Position numbers and translations under genes: made by a program
Shown: positions 1-9,947 of the stretch, piece by piece
Position numbering within the stretch: position 1 is the stretch's first letter
Layout: every line of letters starts with the position of its first letter
Source: Polyangiales bacterium
GTDB lineage: Bacteria; Myxococcota_A; Polyangia; Polyangiales; Polyangiaceae
Length of the DNA: 64,000 nucleotides
Assembly (NCBI GenBank): GCA_038230375.1
Contig: JBBRNJ010000035.1
Coordinates: 1 to 64,000, forward strand
Direction: 5' to 3'
Notes under the pieces: generated by a model
Database searches by the model: none
Seen by the model: the letters and a program-made list of their open reading frames with translations, nothing else
Told to the model about the DNA's origin: nothing

Positions 1-1422
1 GAACGCGCGCGCAGAGGCCTCGAGCGCGTTGATGGCAGCGGCGCGATGACGCAGCTTGCCCTTGCCGAACACGATCTTTCGCGCCTCCTGGAATGTGGGA
101 AGCAGCGAGCCGGCGCAGCGAGCCGCGCGCGCGTCCGCCTCTTCGTCGTCGTACTGCGCGGCCATGCGCATCAGGTTCTCGAGCCCCAGCTCCAGGTCGA
201 GCGGATCGCGCTCTGCGTCGTCCACCACGTCGGTGAGGGCGATGACCTCGATCCAGCGGCGGGACTCGTCCAGGGTGGTGGTGCGCATCATGCGCGCGGA
301 GTGGCGCAGCGCCCGTAGAGTCGGCTCGATCGCGTCGCGCTCGGAGTGCACACCACGGCGCCACAGAGTGCCGAGGCCGCGCGCGAGCGCACGCGCGGAG
401 ATCGCGCCGCCGTCGCCCGCGAGGATCCGCTTGGCGAGTTTGTCCCACGCCTGGCGGCGCTCGAAGAAGAGATACGGAGTGGCGGCAGCAATGGCGCCGA
501 GCACCCAGCCCTCCTCGTCCGGGGCAACGAGGATGGCGTTCAGCTGCCCGCCGAGGAACGCGAGCCGCTGCGCCGGAAGCGATGCGAACGCGGTGATCGC
601 GCGCTGTCGCAGTAGCTTGGATTCGCCGAGTACCCAGTCGAGCAGCGTGCCTTCCATCTGCTCGAACGCGCCCGTCAGGCGACCGAGCGCACGCGCGGCA
701 TGGACCCACACCAGCGGCTCCGGATGGAGAAGCAGCGGCTGCAGCACCTGCAGCGTGCGACCGACGAGCATCTGATCCGCGGTGGGCGGTAGTCCGCCGA
801 TGCTCACCTCGAGGCAACGCGCAGCGAGGACGCGGCCACGCAAGGTGCCGCGTGCGGGCGCATGGATCATGGTCTCGAATGTCTCGGCGGAGCCGAACAG
901 CCATGGTCCGAGCGCGGGTGTCTCCAGCGCGCTCGCGCCGGCCTCCCAGATGAGGATCTCCAGACGCGCCCTTGCCTGCGCGTTCTCGGGTAGCTCCAGC
1001 GCCGTGCCATCACCCAGCAGCGGCGCGCACGCAAGAGCATCTGCCAGCGGGCCTTCCACGACGCGCCCTCGCGCGATCTTGACGGCGCGCTCACGAAGCT
1101 CGGGCCTCTTCGCGGCGGCTGCGAGCAGGTGCGCCATGCGAAGCTCTCGGTGCGCGACCGCGGCCGACAGGAACTCCAGCAGCGTCTGTCCCTCCGGCCC
1201 CGCGAGCAGCATACCGAGCGCCGCCACGCTGGACTCGTTCGTGGTGAGCTCCGGCACCGTCGCGGCGATGCGATCCACCAGCGCGAGCGCCTGGTCCGCG
1301 AGCGGTACGGGCGCGCGAGCATTGCTCTGCCAGCGGAGCACGACCGAGTCTGCTGCGTCCGGATGCTCGGTGAGGAGCGTCGACAGCGCCTTCAGCGCTT
1401 CTTCTGCTTGTTCGAATGACAT
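1..1422 (-). CDS. Large alpha-helical (HEAT-like) hypothetical protein, 3' end runs off the window
   Basis: Absent from the ORF track. Manual translation from ATG 1422 (MSFEQAEEALKALSTLL...) stays open to base 1, with GC-rich third positions and HEAT-like segments (PLLLHPEPLVWVHAARALGRL). Confidence 0.75.
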   Translation of the reverse strand, partial: MSFEQAEEALKALSTLLTEHPDAADSVVLRWQSNARAPVPLADQALALVDRIAATVPELTTNESSVAALGMLLAGPEGQTLLEFLSAAVAHRELRMAHLLAAAAKRPELRERAVKIARGRVVEGPLADALACAPLLGDGTALELPENAQARARLEILIWEAGASALETPALGPWLFGSAETFETMIHAPARGTLRGRVLAARCLEVSIGGLPPTADQMLVGRTLQVLQPLLLHPEPLVWVHAARALGRLTGAFEQMEGTLLDWVLGESKLLRQRAITAFASLPAQRLAFLGGQLNAILVAPDEEGWVLGAIAAATPYLFFERRQAWDKLAKRILAGDGGAISARALARGLGTLWRRGVHSERDAIEPTLRALRHSARMMRTTTLDESRRWIEVIALTDVVDDAERDPLDLELGLENLMRMAAQYDDEEADARAARCAGSLLPTFQEARKIVFGKGKLRHRAAAINALEASARAF

Positions 1423-1477
1423 CGGTGGCCCTCAGGGAGCACGACGGCGCGCGCTCCGTCAGGCTATCCGAACTGCG

Positions 1478-1678
1478 CTACCGGGTCGATATGAGCTCTA
1501 GAACCCGCTCGGCGACCATCACCAGGCGCTGATTGCAGGGCTCGCACACCCCACCGCAGCACGTGGGCCACTGCTCGCGCGGCTGATTGAGCAGCGGCTT
1601 CACGCAGGAGCGGTACCACTCCTGCAATCCCATCTCCTCGCATGCCTGGGTGAGCGCGTCCTCGAACGCGGGGTCCAT
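1478..1678 (-). CDS. Small Cys-cluster protein (CCGGVCEPC; oxidoreductase-like N-terminal motif)
   Basis: ORF 1478..1693 with probable ATG at 1678; CCxxxCxPC motif; co-oriented with both neighbours. Confidence 0.6.
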   Translation of the reverse strand: MDPAFEDALTQACEEMGLQEWYRSCVKPLLNQPREQWPTCCGGVCEPCNQRLVMVAERVLELISTR

Positions 1679-1693
1679 CACCCAAGCATACAC

Positions 1694-3220
1694 TCACTGG
1701 CAGGTGATGCTGTTCGCGTCGCCGCTCTTGCAGGTCTTCGTGGGGTCTGCGCACTGCCGGCCCTCGGCGATCGAGCCACCCTTGCAGTAGTAGCCGGAGT
1801 AGCTCACGAGCTCGCTGCAGTAGAAGCCGTCGTTCTTGCCCTGGCAGCTGTCCTTCGACTGGACGTTGCAGGTGTTCGCGTCGCCGAAGATGTACGCGGG
1901 CTTGCTCTTCAGGCCGTGCCAGGTGAGCAGGCTGATGTCCTTGCCAACGCCCAGGACGGGGACCTGCACGCGCCCGGCGAACTCACCAAAGAGGCCGTGC
2001 TGCTCGTAGGCGTCCAGGCCCAGGGTCGTCTTCGCGGTGATCGCGTCGTACATGACGCAGGCGTTCGCGTTGAGCGACACGTACGGACCGACCTTGCCCT
2101 CGAGGCCAACGGCGTCGAACGCGAGCACAGCGGGAACCATCAGGAGATCACACTCCGCGGTGCCGTCGATCTCGACCTTGCCACTGACCGGATGCAGGAA
2201 GCTCGGGGTCAGCTTGGGCGCCTCGCTGAGATCGTGGAACGAGCCGTCGTAGAGAAAGCCCGCCGCGGCGTGGACCTGGAGCTGGGCGCGGAACTTCACG
2301 GACGCCGCGCCCTGAAGGCTCACGGCGCACTTCAACTGCGGCGTGAAGCGGACGGTGAGCGGGATGCCTGCCTCGAGCGGGATGATGACGGACGTGCCGT
2401 TCCACGACTTGTCCATCGACGCGACGGGGTAGCCGTTCGGACCGCCGATCGCGAGACCACCACCCGTCACGCGAACGCCGATCTCGATATCCGCGGACAC
2501 GGTGGGGTCCATCGTGAGGAGCGCCTTTGCGCGCTTCACGCCGGTGGGCACGAACCACGCCTTGCGGAGCTTGAACTCGCCATCGTACTTGGCGTTGAGC
2601 GCCCACTTCGTGTTGCTGATCTTGGCGAAGGGACGGACCGTGACCTTCTTCGTCGGGTCGGACTTGTCGTCGCCCTCGACCGACCCGCCCTCGGTGGACC
2701 CGGGCTGTGCGCCGCCCGCGGAGCCGCCAAGGATGTGGATGCCTGCGCTCTGTGTTGCGGTCGGGCCTTCCTCGAACATCGAGCGCTGACCCTCGCCCAT
2801 GAAGATGTCGCCCTCTTCCATCCAGTCTTCGAGGTTCGCTTGCTCCGTGGTGAGGATCACCGTGTTGCCGCTCCGCGAGATGTCAGTGACGCGGCGAAGG
2901 AAGCCGTATGGGTTCTTCGACATCGTGAGGTCGGGCGTGGCGGTGTCGCGGTTGCCGGCCATGATGGTGCCGACCTTGACCGTGGACATCGTGGTCTCGT
3001 TGTCCGCGTCCATGGTGACGACGAGGCGCCCGTCTTCCACGGAGACGGAGTTCGCGAAGTGCTGGTTCGCCTTCATCGACTCGGGCCGAAGGCTCACGGC
3101 CTTGGGTGTTTCGAAGTCGGGAGTCTCCTGCGTCGACTGGTCAGTGCTGCTCGACGAGCAGCCAGACGCGAACGCGGCGAGAACGAGAGCACCGAGCGGC
3201 AATACCTGGCGAAGCTTCAA
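1694..3220 (-). CDS. Beta-rich lipoprotein with Cys-rich C-terminus
   Basis: GGAGG RBS before in-frame TTG 3220; lipobox FASGC; C-terminal Cys module (CQGKNDGFYC...). Confidence 0.75.
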   Translation of the reverse strand: MKLRQVLPLGALVLAAFASGCSSSSTDQSTQETPDFETPKAVSLRPESMKANQHFANSVSVEDGRLVVTMDADNETTMSTVKVGTIMAGNRDTATPDLTMSKNPYGFLRRVTDISRSGNTVILTTEQANLEDWMEEGDIFMGEGQRSMFEEGPTATQSAGIHILGGSAGGAQPGSTEGGSVEGDDKSDPTKKVTVRPFAKISNTKWALNAKYDGEFKLRKAWFVPTGVKRAKALLTMDPTVSADIEIGVRVTGGGLAIGGPNGYPVASMDKSWNGTSVIIPLEAGIPLTVRFTPQLKCAVSLQGAASVKFRAQLQVHAAAGFLYDGSFHDLSEAPKLTPSFLHPVSGKVEIDGTAECDLLMVPAVLAFDAVGLEGKVGPYVSLNANACVMYDAITAKTTLGLDAYEQHGLFGEFAGRVQVPVLGVGKDISLLTWHGLKSKPAYIFGDANTCNVQSKDSCQGKNDGFYCSELVSYSGYYCKGGSIAEGRQCADPTKTCKSGDANSITCQ

Positions 3221-3444
3221 AATAGACCTCCAAAGGAGAGACCGATGTCTCTGTTGGGAGACAATGCAGCAACCAGTATGCCGACACTGGAACGCTTTCA
3301 TTCCAATCACTTGCGATACGAAGGCTGGCCAAAGCGGGATCCACTGGCTCATCCATTCACCACCCACTGAACTGATTGCACCCTACATGCAGGTCGATTC
3401 AGGGTTCTCGCCGGCGCGGAGCTTTGGTAGCCCCGCACTTCCCC

Positions 3445-4353
3445 ATGCCCAGGCAGTACCAAGCGGCGACGCTACTCGTCCTTCTGACGGCATGCGCCGA
3501 GCCCAACGGGAGCGCGACGCTGACAAGCGTGAGGATGGGGACGAGCAAGCAGACGCAGGTGGAGCCGACGACGACCACGACCTCGACCGCGACCTCGACC
3601 TCGACCTCGACCGCGACCTCGACCGCGACCTCGACCCCGACCCCGACCTCGACCCCGACCTCGACCGCGACCGCGACCCCGACCTCGACCCCGACCCCGA
3701 CCTCCCCCTGCCCCTCCTCCATGGTCCTCGTCGAGGGCGAGTACTGTCCGGACGTCGAGGAGAAATGCCTGCGCTGGCTCGATCCGCCGGAGAGCCCGTA
3801 TCACGAGTTTCGCTGTGCGGAGTACAAGAAACCCAGCGTCTGCAAGTCGAAGGAGCGTGTGCACATGCGCTTCTGCATCGACGTCGCCGAGCGCACGGAA
3901 GAGGGCTCCGACATCCCGAAGAATCGGATGTCGTGGACGTCTTCGAAGGAGCTCTGCGAGTCGCAGGGCGCGCGCGTGTGTCGCGAGAGCGAGTGGCAGT
4001 TCGCGTGCGAGGGCGAGGACATGCTCCCCTACCCCTACGGCTACGAGCGCGACTCGAACCGCTGCAACACCGACATCATCGAGGGCCTTGGTCGCCCCGG
4101 CCGTCTGAAGGACCACCGCGCGCCCGCCTCCGCGCACCCCGACTGCAAGAGCCCGTTCGGCGTGCACGACATGGCGGGCAACATGGAAGAGTGGGTCACC
4201 GCGGACGGCAAGCAAGGCAAGATGGGCTGGAAGCAGGTGATGAAGGGCTCGTGGTGGATCCCGAGCCGTCACGCGTGCCGCAGCTTCCAGATCGGTCACG
4301 ACGCGCACTACTCCGGCGCAGAGACCGGCGCCCGCTGCTGCAAGGAGCTGTAG
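3445..4353 (+). CDS. SUMF1/FGE-sulfatase domain lipoprotein with Thr/Ser/Pro linker
   Basis: Lipobox LLTAC; motifs ESEWQFAC, SPFGVHDMAGNMEEWV, KGSWW, GARCC. Confidence 0.85.
   Translation: MPRQYQAATLLVLLTACAEPNGSATLTSVRMGTSKQTQVEPTTTTTSTATSTSTSTATSTATSTPTPTSTPTSTATATPTSTPTPTSPCPSSMVLVEGEYCPDVEEKCLRWLDPPESPYHEFRCAEYKKPSVCKSKERVHMRFCIDVAERTEEGSDIPKNRMSWTSSKELCESQGARVCRESEWQFACEGEDMLPYPYGYERDSNRCNTDIIEGLGRPGRLKDHRAPASAHPDCKSPFGVHDMAGNMEEWVTADGKQGKMGWKQVMKGSWWIPSRHACRSFQIGHDAHYSGAETGARCCKEL
3565..3708 (+). repeat. In-frame ACC-(T/G/C)CG hexamer repeat encoding TS/TA/TP
   Basis: Visible tandem ACCTCG/ACCGCG/ACCCCG units. Confidence 0.9.
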
Positions 4354-4518
4354 ACCGCGAGCGCGAGAATTCGCCCCCGCATCCAGGGCGAGCGAGTTCG
4401 GGCCCCGGCAACGAGCTGCCGGCAACGCGTTGCCGACACGGCCGGCCGACCGCACGGTGATCGGGAAAAATAGCCGTATTTCGCGATGGGTGAGGCCGGT
4501 ATGGTCCGTGCGTGAGGA

Positions 4519-5412
4519 GTGGTCATGACCCCTCCCAACGATCCCCGCTTCTCGCGTCCTCAGCCCATGCCCTACGCGCCGCAGGGCTACCCGCAGCACG
4601 AGCAGCCGCAGGCGCAGGGCACCGTCGTGATGTCACGCGCACCGCTCACGCCGGAGCCGCAGACGCTCGTCTATCGCCCGAAGGGTACCTCGTCGTATCC
4701 GCCTCCGCAGGCCGCGTCGCACGCGCCCCAGATGCAGCATCAGCAGATTCAGCAGCAGCAAATGCAGATGCAGATGCAGCAGCCGCAGCAGAGCCCGCAG
4801 CCGGCGCACTACGCGCAGCGTCCTCCGATCCAGCCGTATGCGCAGCTCCAGCCGGGGCAGGCCTATCAGCAGGCGCCGTCGTACACGGCTCCTCCGTCAC
4901 AGCACGCGCCGCAGTCGTACGCACCGCCGCCGTCGTATGCGCCGCCATCTCAAGCCGCACCGGTGGGCTTCGGCTTCGCGGGCGTGGGGTTGATGACGCC
5001 GAAGGTCCCGGGCATGGATGCGTTCGACAAGATCAAGGGACCGAGCGGCATGCCGTCCGCGCTCGCGTTCGGGTTTGGCATTGTCGCGGTGGTCGTGGCG
5101 CTGGTGTTCGACGTGATCTTCTTGAACGTCAACGTCCCGGGCGTTGGCGGCTACGCGTGGTACCTGTCGACGGCGCTGTCGTTCGCTGCGGCTGGATTCG
5201 CAGGCGCGAAGTTCACCAAGGCCACACGCAGCGTCGCCCTCACCGCGATCGGTGTCGCGGGCGCCATCTACGGCTTCGCCGATCTCGGTCTGGGCGTTGC
5301 GCTGGAGCACATGCCCATGGGAGAGGCGCTCTTCCTTGGCATCCAGGGCGTCGTGATCGCGATCTTCACCGGCTCCGGTGGCGTGGTGAAGGGCCTGCGC
5401 GCCAGGGCTTGA
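4519..5412 (+). CDS. Membrane protein with Pro/Gln-rich N-terminus and about 4 TM helices
   Basis: P/Q low-complexity N-half and hydrophobic C-terminal segments. Confidence 0.75.
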   Translation: MVMTPPNDPRFSRPQPMPYAPQGYPQHEQPQAQGTVVMSRAPLTPEPQTLVYRPKGTSSYPPPQAASHAPQMQHQQIQQQQMQMQMQQPQQSPQPAHYAQRPPIQPYAQLQPGQAYQQAPSYTAPPSQHAPQSYAPPPSYAPPSQAAPVGFGFAGVGLMTPKVPGMDAFDKIKGPSGMPSALAFGFGIVAVVVALVFDVIFLNVNVPGVGGYAWYLSTALSFAAAGFAGAKFTKATRSVALTAIGVAGAIYGFADLGLGVALEHMPMGEALFLGIQGVVIAIFTGSGGVVKGLRARA

Positions 5413-6843
5413 TCATCCGCTGCGGTGACGGGTCACCTTGATGCCGTGGCGCGGGCGCAAGGTGATCCGTGGGTCGATCTCCACGGGGTGCGTGGGATCC
5501 GCGGTCAGCGCGTAGTCACGCGCGACCATCGCGAGGATGATCTGCGCCTCCATCATCGCGAATGCGTTTCCGATGCACATGCGCGGCCCGCCGCCAAAGG
5601 GCAGATACGAGTAGCGGCTGCGCGTCGCAGACTTGTCCGCAGCAAACCGAGAGGGATCGAACTCCTCCGGGTTCTCCCAGAACTTCGGATGGCGATGCAG
5701 GACATAAGGCGACACGCCGACGATGGCGCCCTTCTTGATGTCGAACGCGCCGAGCTTGTCCGTGGTGGTTGATTGACGCTCGAACGCCCATGCCGGCGGA
5801 TAGAGGCGCAGCACCTCTTCCAGCACCATCTTCGTGTAGGAGAGGCGCGGAACGTCTGCGAGCGCCGGATCGCGATCACCGAGCACCGTCTTCGCCTCTT
5901 CACGGATGCGCGCGGTGATCTCCGGGCGCGACGACAGCAGGTAGAACGTCCACGCAAGCAGGTTTGCCGTGGTCTCGTGTCCTGCAAGCACCAGCGTGAT
6001 CACCTCGTCGCGGAGCTGCTTGTCGGTCATGCCTCCTTCGCCGGACTCATCCACGGCGGCCATGAGCATACCCAGCAGATCCTTCTTCTGGGTGGGATCT
6101 GCACGGCGTGACTCGATGATGCGGTAGACCACGGAGTCCAGCGTCTTCATCGCCGTCTTGAAGCGAAGGTTCTTTGGTGTGGGGACCCATGCGGGGAAGT
6201 TCCAGAGCGCCTCGGCCCAGTCGTTCGCGTGGTGCATGGCCACGGTCATCGCCTGCCCCACCTCCTGCGCTTCGGAGTCCACGTCCGTGGAGAAGAGCGT
6301 GAGCCCTACGATGCGGAACGTGAGCCGCATCATCTCTGCCAGCGCGCAGAAGAGATCGCTGCCTTCGCCGGCCTTCCCGTCCTGTCCGCTCCTCCCGCCC
6401 GCGTCGTCCTCGCCTTCCCAGCGCGTGAGCATCGCGCGCGTCGCGTACGACATCTGGTGCGCGAAGCCCTCCATGGACTCGCGGTGGAACGCCGGCTGCG
6501 CGAGCTTGCGCTGACGCCGCCAGAAGTCGCCCTCGCTCGTGAGGAGTCCGTCGCCGAGCACCAGCTTCAGCCCGAGATAGTTGCGGCTCTTCGTGTACGT
6601 CTTCGCGCCGTCAACGAGCACATGGCGGATCACGTCCGGATCGTTCACCAGGTAGTAGTCGTACGGGCCGAACTTGAACCGGACCACGTCGCCGAACTCC
6701 TTCTGGCTCTGCATGAAGAGCGAGACGGGATCCTTCCACGCGGGGAGCACGTTACCGAGCAACGGCAGCCCTTTCGGGCCCGGCGCGCGGCTCTTCGTCG
6801 TGAGATCATCCGTGGTGGTAAGTTGCGCGGCTGACTGGTGCAT
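5413..6843 (-). CDS. Cytochrome P450 (canonical)
   Basis: AGHETT I-helix, EVLR, FGGGPRMCIG heme motif; GAGGG RBS before ATG 6843. Confidence 0.95.
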   Translation of the reverse strand: MHQSAAQLTTTDDLTTKSRAPGPKGLPLLGNVLPAWKDPVSLFMQSQKEFGDVVRFKFGPYDYYLVNDPDVIRHVLVDGAKTYTKSRNYLGLKLVLGDGLLTSEGDFWRRQRKLAQPAFHRESMEGFAHQMSYATRAMLTRWEGEDDAGGRSGQDGKAGEGSDLFCALAEMMRLTFRIVGLTLFSTDVDSEAQEVGQAMTVAMHHANDWAEALWNFPAWVPTPKNLRFKTAMKTLDSVVYRIIESRRADPTQKKDLLGMLMAAVDESGEGGMTDKQLRDEVITLVLAGHETTANLLAWTFYLLSSRPEITARIREEAKTVLGDRDPALADVPRLSYTKMVLEEVLRLYPPAWAFERQSTTTDKLGAFDIKKGAIVGVSPYVLHRHPKFWENPEEFDPSRFAADKSATRSRYSYLPFGGGPRMCIGNAFAMMEAQIILAMVARDYALTADPTHPVEIDPRITLRPRHGIKVTRHRSG

Positions 6844-6859
6844 ATCGCCCTCTCGTGGG

Positions 6860-6915
6860 AACATGAGGCAATCCTCACGTTCCGTAATATCTGAGGCTTG
6901 CCTCATGTTTGTCAA
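6860..6915. promoter_or_regulatory. Two TGAGG-N4-CCTCA palindromes (probable TetR operators) overlapping the P450 promoter
   Basis: Sites at 6864-6877 and 6892-6905; TTGACA on the minus strand at 6915-6910. Confidence 0.75.
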
Positions 6916-6928
6916 GCGCCCCGCAAGA

Positions 6929-7657
6929 ATGCCCAAGAAGATTTCCAGGAAGCCGCAGAAAACCGAGGCTCCCGTCCAGGATCCGGCGCGCCGCATTCCG
7001 GCGCAGGAGCGGAGCAAACTGCGCGTCACGCGCATCGTGGACGCGGCGGCGATCGAGTTCGCGGAGCGTGGCTACGACGCGACCACGATGGAGGCGATCG
7101 CCGCGCGCGCGGAGACGTCGATCGGATCGATCTACCAGTTCTTCCCGAACAAGCTGGCCGTGTTCCACGCGCTGGCGCACACGTACACGGAGAAGCTGCG
7201 CGCGCTGTTCGACACGGTGTTGACGACCAGCCTCGCGGACATGACGTGGACTGCGGCGCTCGACCTGGGCATCGACGCATTCGCGGCCTTCCACGCGAGC
7301 GACCCCGGGTTCCGCGCGGTGTGGCTGAGCATGCACCTCACGGAGGAGGTCGTTGCCGAGGGCGAGGCGCTGAACCGCGAGTTCGCGAACCGCGTGGCCG
7401 CCTGGATCGAGCTCGCGATGCCGCACATACAGAAGAAGCACCGCGGCATGGTCGCGATGATGATCGTGGAGGTGATCTCCGCGATGCTCATCCTGTCCGC
7501 GCGCCGCGGCCCGAAAGACGGGGAGTCGATCATGGCTGAGACGAAGGTGCTCATGCGCCGTTACCTCGAGCCTTACGTGGACGCCGCGACCTCCGCGGAC
7601 TCCGGCGACCTGAGTCTCGCAGTGGAGACAGCACCGGGCCGCACACGCCGACGGTGA
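6929..7657 (+). CDS. TetR/AcrR family regulator
   Basis: HTH (GYDATTMEAIAARAETSIGSIYQFFPNK); divergent from the P450; start approximate. Confidence 0.92.
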   Translation: MPKKISRKPQKTEAPVQDPARRIPAQERSKLRVTRIVDAAAIEFAERGYDATTMEAIAARAETSIGSIYQFFPNKLAVFHALAHTYTEKLRALFDTVLTTSLADMTWTAALDLGIDAFAAFHASDPGFRAVWLSMHLTEEVVAEGEALNREFANRVAAWIELAMPHIQKKHRGMVAMMIVEVISAMLILSARRGPKDGESIMAETKVLMRRYLEPYVDAATSADSGDLSLAVETAPGRTRRR

Positions 7658-7814
7658 TGGACCGTCGCGGCTAGATCCACGCGGATCCAGGCGACAGTGA
7701 CCGGCAAAAATAGCCATCGCGGAACTATTGAACTTTGGTCAGTTGGAGGGAATGTGCGTAGCCGAGGTGGTCCACGTCGAGCTCGGCACGCAGGTTGCGG
7801 AGGAGATCTGCGCG

Positions 7815-8333
7815 ATGATCCTTCCCCGTTCCTCCGCTCGCTCTCTGGCAACCTCAGCGTCGATCGCGGCCATCGCGGTGGCGCTCGCCGCCTCCCTCCT
7901 TGGGTGTGAGGGCGACTCGTTCGGCTACTCCACGCGCAAGCTGCCGGCATACAAGACCGACAACGGCACTGGCGGCAACGCGCCCACGCAACAGAACAAC
8001 GACCCGGCGCCGTCCAATCCGGATCCGTCCCCACCGGCAGCACAGCCCGATCCCCAGTCCACGCCGGCACAGAGCGACGCAGGCGCGAAGATAGACGCTT
8101 CGAAGCCGCCGCCCGCCGCGCCAGGCAGCTGCGGCAATCCGCAGTGCTTCGCCGTTGGCGGCGTGTGCGGATGCAAGGCGACCGACGGCGCGGGCAACAC
8201 GGTGAAGATGGGCTGCCAGGGCGGCGCATGCGCGTGCTTCGATGCGAACGGCAACGACACGAACGACTTCGACAGCTCGTGTGAAGATCCTGCGTCGGCC
8301 GCCATCGCCTTCCAGCAGTGCGCCTGCAACTGA
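7815..8333 (+). CDS. Cys-rich lipoprotein
   Basis: GGAGGAG RBS; lipobox LLGC; Pro linker; multi-Cys C-terminal domain. Confidence 0.75.
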   Translation: MILPRSSARSLATSASIAAIAVALAASLLGCEGDSFGYSTRKLPAYKTDNGTGGNAPTQQNNDPAPSNPDPSPPAAQPDPQSTPAQSDAGAKIDASKPPPAAPGSCGNPQCFAVGGVCGCKATDGAGNTVKMGCQGGACACFDANGNDTNDFDSSCEDPASAAIAFQQCACN

Positions 8334-8347
8334 ACTATCCTCCTTGA

Positions 8348-9439
8348 GTGGAGGTCAATTCCGGTCACCGTCTACGCGCACGCCTGCACCTGACGAAGGA
8401 AAACACGCTGCGTGGCTGGGCCGTGGGCGCGTTCGGCGGACTGGGGCTGCTCGCGTGCGTCTACTCGAGCAGTGAGATCCGCTACCTGTTCGTGGGCCTC
8501 ACGCTGGCACTCTGGGGCGGTGGGGGCATGCTCGCGTGGCGACCGCGCGCGCAGATCGTACTTCCGACGCTGACCGACGCTGGTGTTCAGGTGGGAACGA
8601 TCGTGGTGCCCTGGGGCGCGGCCGCGCAGATCGCGAAGGGCCGGCGCGGCGCCAGTGTCGCGTTCGGCTGGGGCGACGGCGAAGGCGCGTTCTTCGAGGT
8701 CGCGGGCATGGAGGACGCACGGGCTCTCGTCGCCATGGCAGGAGCGGACGAGGGTCGGGCTGTCGCGCTCCGTCTGCGGTTCGACAAGCTGCGCGGACTG
8801 ACGGCGGTCCTTGGCGGCGTGGCCGCGATGTGCGGACTCGGGTACGCGGTGGCTGTCGGCATCCTGGGCGACAGCGGCTCCAAGGGGACGTTCGGCTTGC
8901 CGGGTCTGGTCTTCGCGATCGCGGCGACCTTCCTCTATCTGATCGCCCAGCTCGCGCGGCAGACCGTCGTCGTGGGTGCGCCCGCCTCCGCGGACGGTGT
9001 TGCCGGCGCGATCGGTCGGCATCTCGATCTGCATGCGAAGGACGCCGGGCACCGCGCCACGCGTGGCCCCGCGCACGGAGACGACGCGAACGACGGCACG
9101 CCACCGCGCGTGCGCATCATGCTCCGCGAGAACGAGCCCACGCGCGCCTGGCTTGCGCGCATCGACGGCGCGGCCGACGGAGGCGAGGGGTATCGCGGCC
9201 TCGCTCCTTCGCGCGAGGACCTGGACGCCGTGCTATCCGACGTCGTCGCGCGGCCAGACCTCCGACTCGCGGCTGCACGCGTGCTCGTACGCCGTCACGG
9301 AGCGGGCCGCGATCAGGTCCTCGCGAAGCTCGACAGCCAGCTCTCCACGTACGGGAGGCTCGTCGTTGACGACGATCTCGATCGAGCAGCGGACGACATG
9401 GACCGCCTGGGCCCCATTTTCATGGCTTCCCTCCGATAG
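8348..9439 (+). CDS. Hypothetical membrane protein
   Basis: 363-aa ORF with about 4 TM segments and a soluble C-terminus. Confidence 0.65.
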   Translation: MEVNSGHRLRARLHLTKENTLRGWAVGAFGGLGLLACVYSSSEIRYLFVGLTLALWGGGGMLAWRPRAQIVLPTLTDAGVQVGTIVVPWGAAAQIAKGRRGASVAFGWGDGEGAFFEVAGMEDARALVAMAGADEGRAVALRLRFDKLRGLTAVLGGVAAMCGLGYAVAVGILGDSGSKGTFGLPGLVFAIAATFLYLIAQLARQTVVVGAPASADGVAGAIGRHLDLHAKDAGHRATRGPAHGDDANDGTPPRVRIMLRENEPTRAWLARIDGAADGGEGYRGLAPSREDLDAVLSDVVARPDLRLAAARVLVRRHGAGRDQVLAKLDSQLSTYGRLVVDDDLDRAADDMDRLGPIFMASLR

Positions 9440-9487
9440 GTCGGTCGCCATAGTGAAGTCACTCGCCCTTCGGGCTCGCTCACATGT

Positions 9488-9937
9488 TCAAGCAGTGATC
9501 GTCTGTAGTGCGGTGCGGATGCGCGCCGGGATCGGCACGGCCGTTCGCGTCTTGCGATCGACGAAGACATGGACGAAGTGTCCTTGCGCCGCGCAGAGCT
9601 CGCCGCCATCGCGAAAGATGCCGATGCCCCAGGTGACCGCGCGCTCGCCGAGCTTGTCCACGCGCACCATGGCCATGAGCGGCTCCGGATACGCGACGGC
9701 CTCGTGGTAGTTGCAGTGCGACTCCACGACCAGACCGATCACATCGCTCGCGTGGATATCGAGCCCACCCTCGCGGATCATGAACAGGTTCGCGGCGGTG
9801 TCGAAGTAGCTGTAGTACGTGACGTTGTTGACATGGCCGTAGACGTCGTTGTCCATCCAGCGCGTGGTCACGTCACACGACCAGCGATAGGCGCTGCGCG
9901 GCTCGCGGGTCCTCTCCTTCTTCGTGGTCTCGCTCAC
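9488..9937 (-). CDS. Acyl-CoA thioesterase (4HBT hotdog fold)
   Basis: RWMDNDVYGHVNNVTYYSYFD motif; GGAGGAG RBS before GTG 9937. Confidence 0.9.
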   Translation of the reverse strand: MSETTKKERTREPRSAYRWSCDVTTRWMDNDVYGHVNNVTYYSYFDTAANLFMIREGGLDIHASDVIGLVVESHCNYHEAVAYPEPLMAMVRVDKLGERAVTWGIGIFRDGGELCAAQGHFVHVFVDRKTRTAVPIPARIRTALQTITA

Positions 9938-9947
9938 GGCTCTCCTC

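Noticed and set aside
3399..4599. (GR)n, (VE)n and (DL)n proteins in alternative frames of the repeats
   Set aside because: By-products of hexamer periodicity; the T/S frame is the one continuous with recognisable domains.
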